A DNA stretch of 64,000 bases from Octopus sinensis (Eukaryota), in the NCBI RefSeq assembly GCF_006345805.1, contig NC_043000.1, forward strand, positions 86,862,001 to 86,926,000, in the 5' to 3' direction. A program made the translations under genes and the position numbers. The notes under the pieces were generated by a model that did not search any database, was not told the DNA's origin, and saw nothing but the letters and a program-made list of their open reading frames with translations. Below, piece by piece: positions 62,731 to 64,000 of the stretch (within the stretch, counting starts at the first letter, position 1; every line of letters begins with the position of its first letter).

Positions 62731-64000
62731 ATTTTATTATTTTATATATGTATGTATATGTATTTGTATATCCTGCAGTCAACAAAGCACATTTGCCCAA
62801 TCTCAAGCAAAATCAAAATCATCAGTGTCAATAATGTGACTTCATAGTAGAATCCATACCTGGAACTCAAATTACATTCATGCAGCCATTGCAAATATAT
62901 GCAGCTTTTTTTTTTAGACTTATTTTTTAAAACAAATCCTTTCCTTCAAACATACATTTAAACTGACAGAAGTGACCATCATGTGTGTGTGTGTATGTAT
63001 GCATGAATGTACGTGTGTGTGTGGGTACCATCATCTTTTATAAAAATCCACTTTTTCATGCTTGTATGGGCAGATGGAATTTATTGCAACAGATTTTCTA
63101 TGCCTGTATCTCCTGCCAAGCAGGATATTTTCCCATGACCAGACATGTTTTTGCAAAATACTGGAAATGAATGGCTTTCATTTACAGCAATCATGCCATG
63201 TCAAGAAAAATAAACACAAATATACACCCCCTTCTCACACTCACACATATACACATACATGCACATGTATGTATACACAGTGAGCATCTTTCAGTTTCTG
63301 TCTACTAACTCCACTCACAAAGCTTGGTCAGCCTGCAGCTACTGTAGAAGACACCCAAGGTGTTATGCAGTGAGATTGAACTTGAAACCATGAGGTTGGG
63401 AAGTAGACTTAACTACATATTATGCCTCTACTGCAACTCTTCAATGAAAGATTTAGTTCAAGAAGTCTAACTGGATCTGACAGCTTTACTATTTTAAGTA
63501 CATAATCTTAGCAGCTTAAGACTTAATACGATAAGATCAAGGATCAAAGTAAAGTGGTGGTGGTCTGCACTGGCAAAAATTGATCCAAAACAGATAGACA
63601 GAGGCATAGCTGTGTGGTTGAGAAGTTTGCTTTTCAGCCATGTGATATTGGGTTCTGTCCTACTGTGTGGCACCTTGGGCAAATGTCCTCTTTTATAGCC
63701 CTCGGTTGACCAAAGCCTTGGTAGTGGATTTGGTAAATGGAAACTGAAAGAAACCCATCGTGTGTGTGTGTGAGTATATATATATATATATATATATAGG
63801 TACAGGTGTGGCAAGAAGCTTGCTTCCCAACCACATGGTTCCAGGTTCAGTCCCACTGAGTGGAACCTTGTGTAAGTCTCTTCTACTGTAGCCTTGTGCT
63901 GACCAAAGCATGAGTGAATTAGGTAGATGGAAACTGAAAGAAGCCTATTGTATATATATATATACACACATATATATGTGTATATGTCTGTGTTTGTCTC

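Overview
AT-rich, microsatellite- and retroposon-dense animal genomic DNA. The SINE/LINE families are ones I recognise from Octopus, so the taxon is an inference. Two host genes could be assembled by hand. One is a 6-exon PCTP/STARD2 gene on the minus strand (15078-38216, 216 aa) whose third intron has U12-type (minor spliceosome) signals. The other is a 2-exon RBM41 gene on the plus strand (54805-59079, 417 aa). A probable terminal exon of an unidentified gene sits at the left edge. Most of the rest is transposon-derived. Highlights: (1) a CRE-clade (RLE) non-LTR retrotransposon with a twin-priming inversion signature (11-bp TSD, polyA, 18-bp overlap), into which a compact Ty3/Gypsy element has inserted (279-bp LTRs, 5-bp TSD, -1 frameshift signal); (2) several Penelope-type hammerhead ribozyme motifs, two of them inside long palindromes; (3) a 1.8-kb foldback-like element with an 8-bp TSD in the RBM41 intron; (4) a higher-order tandem array built from an RTE LINE 3' UTR; (5) a Dong/R4-like fragment embedded in (TAA)n; (6) CR1, RTE, mariner and piggyBac-type remnants and many SINEs. 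Alignments were done by eye. No database searches or folding computations were run, and boundaries of degenerate repeats are approximate.
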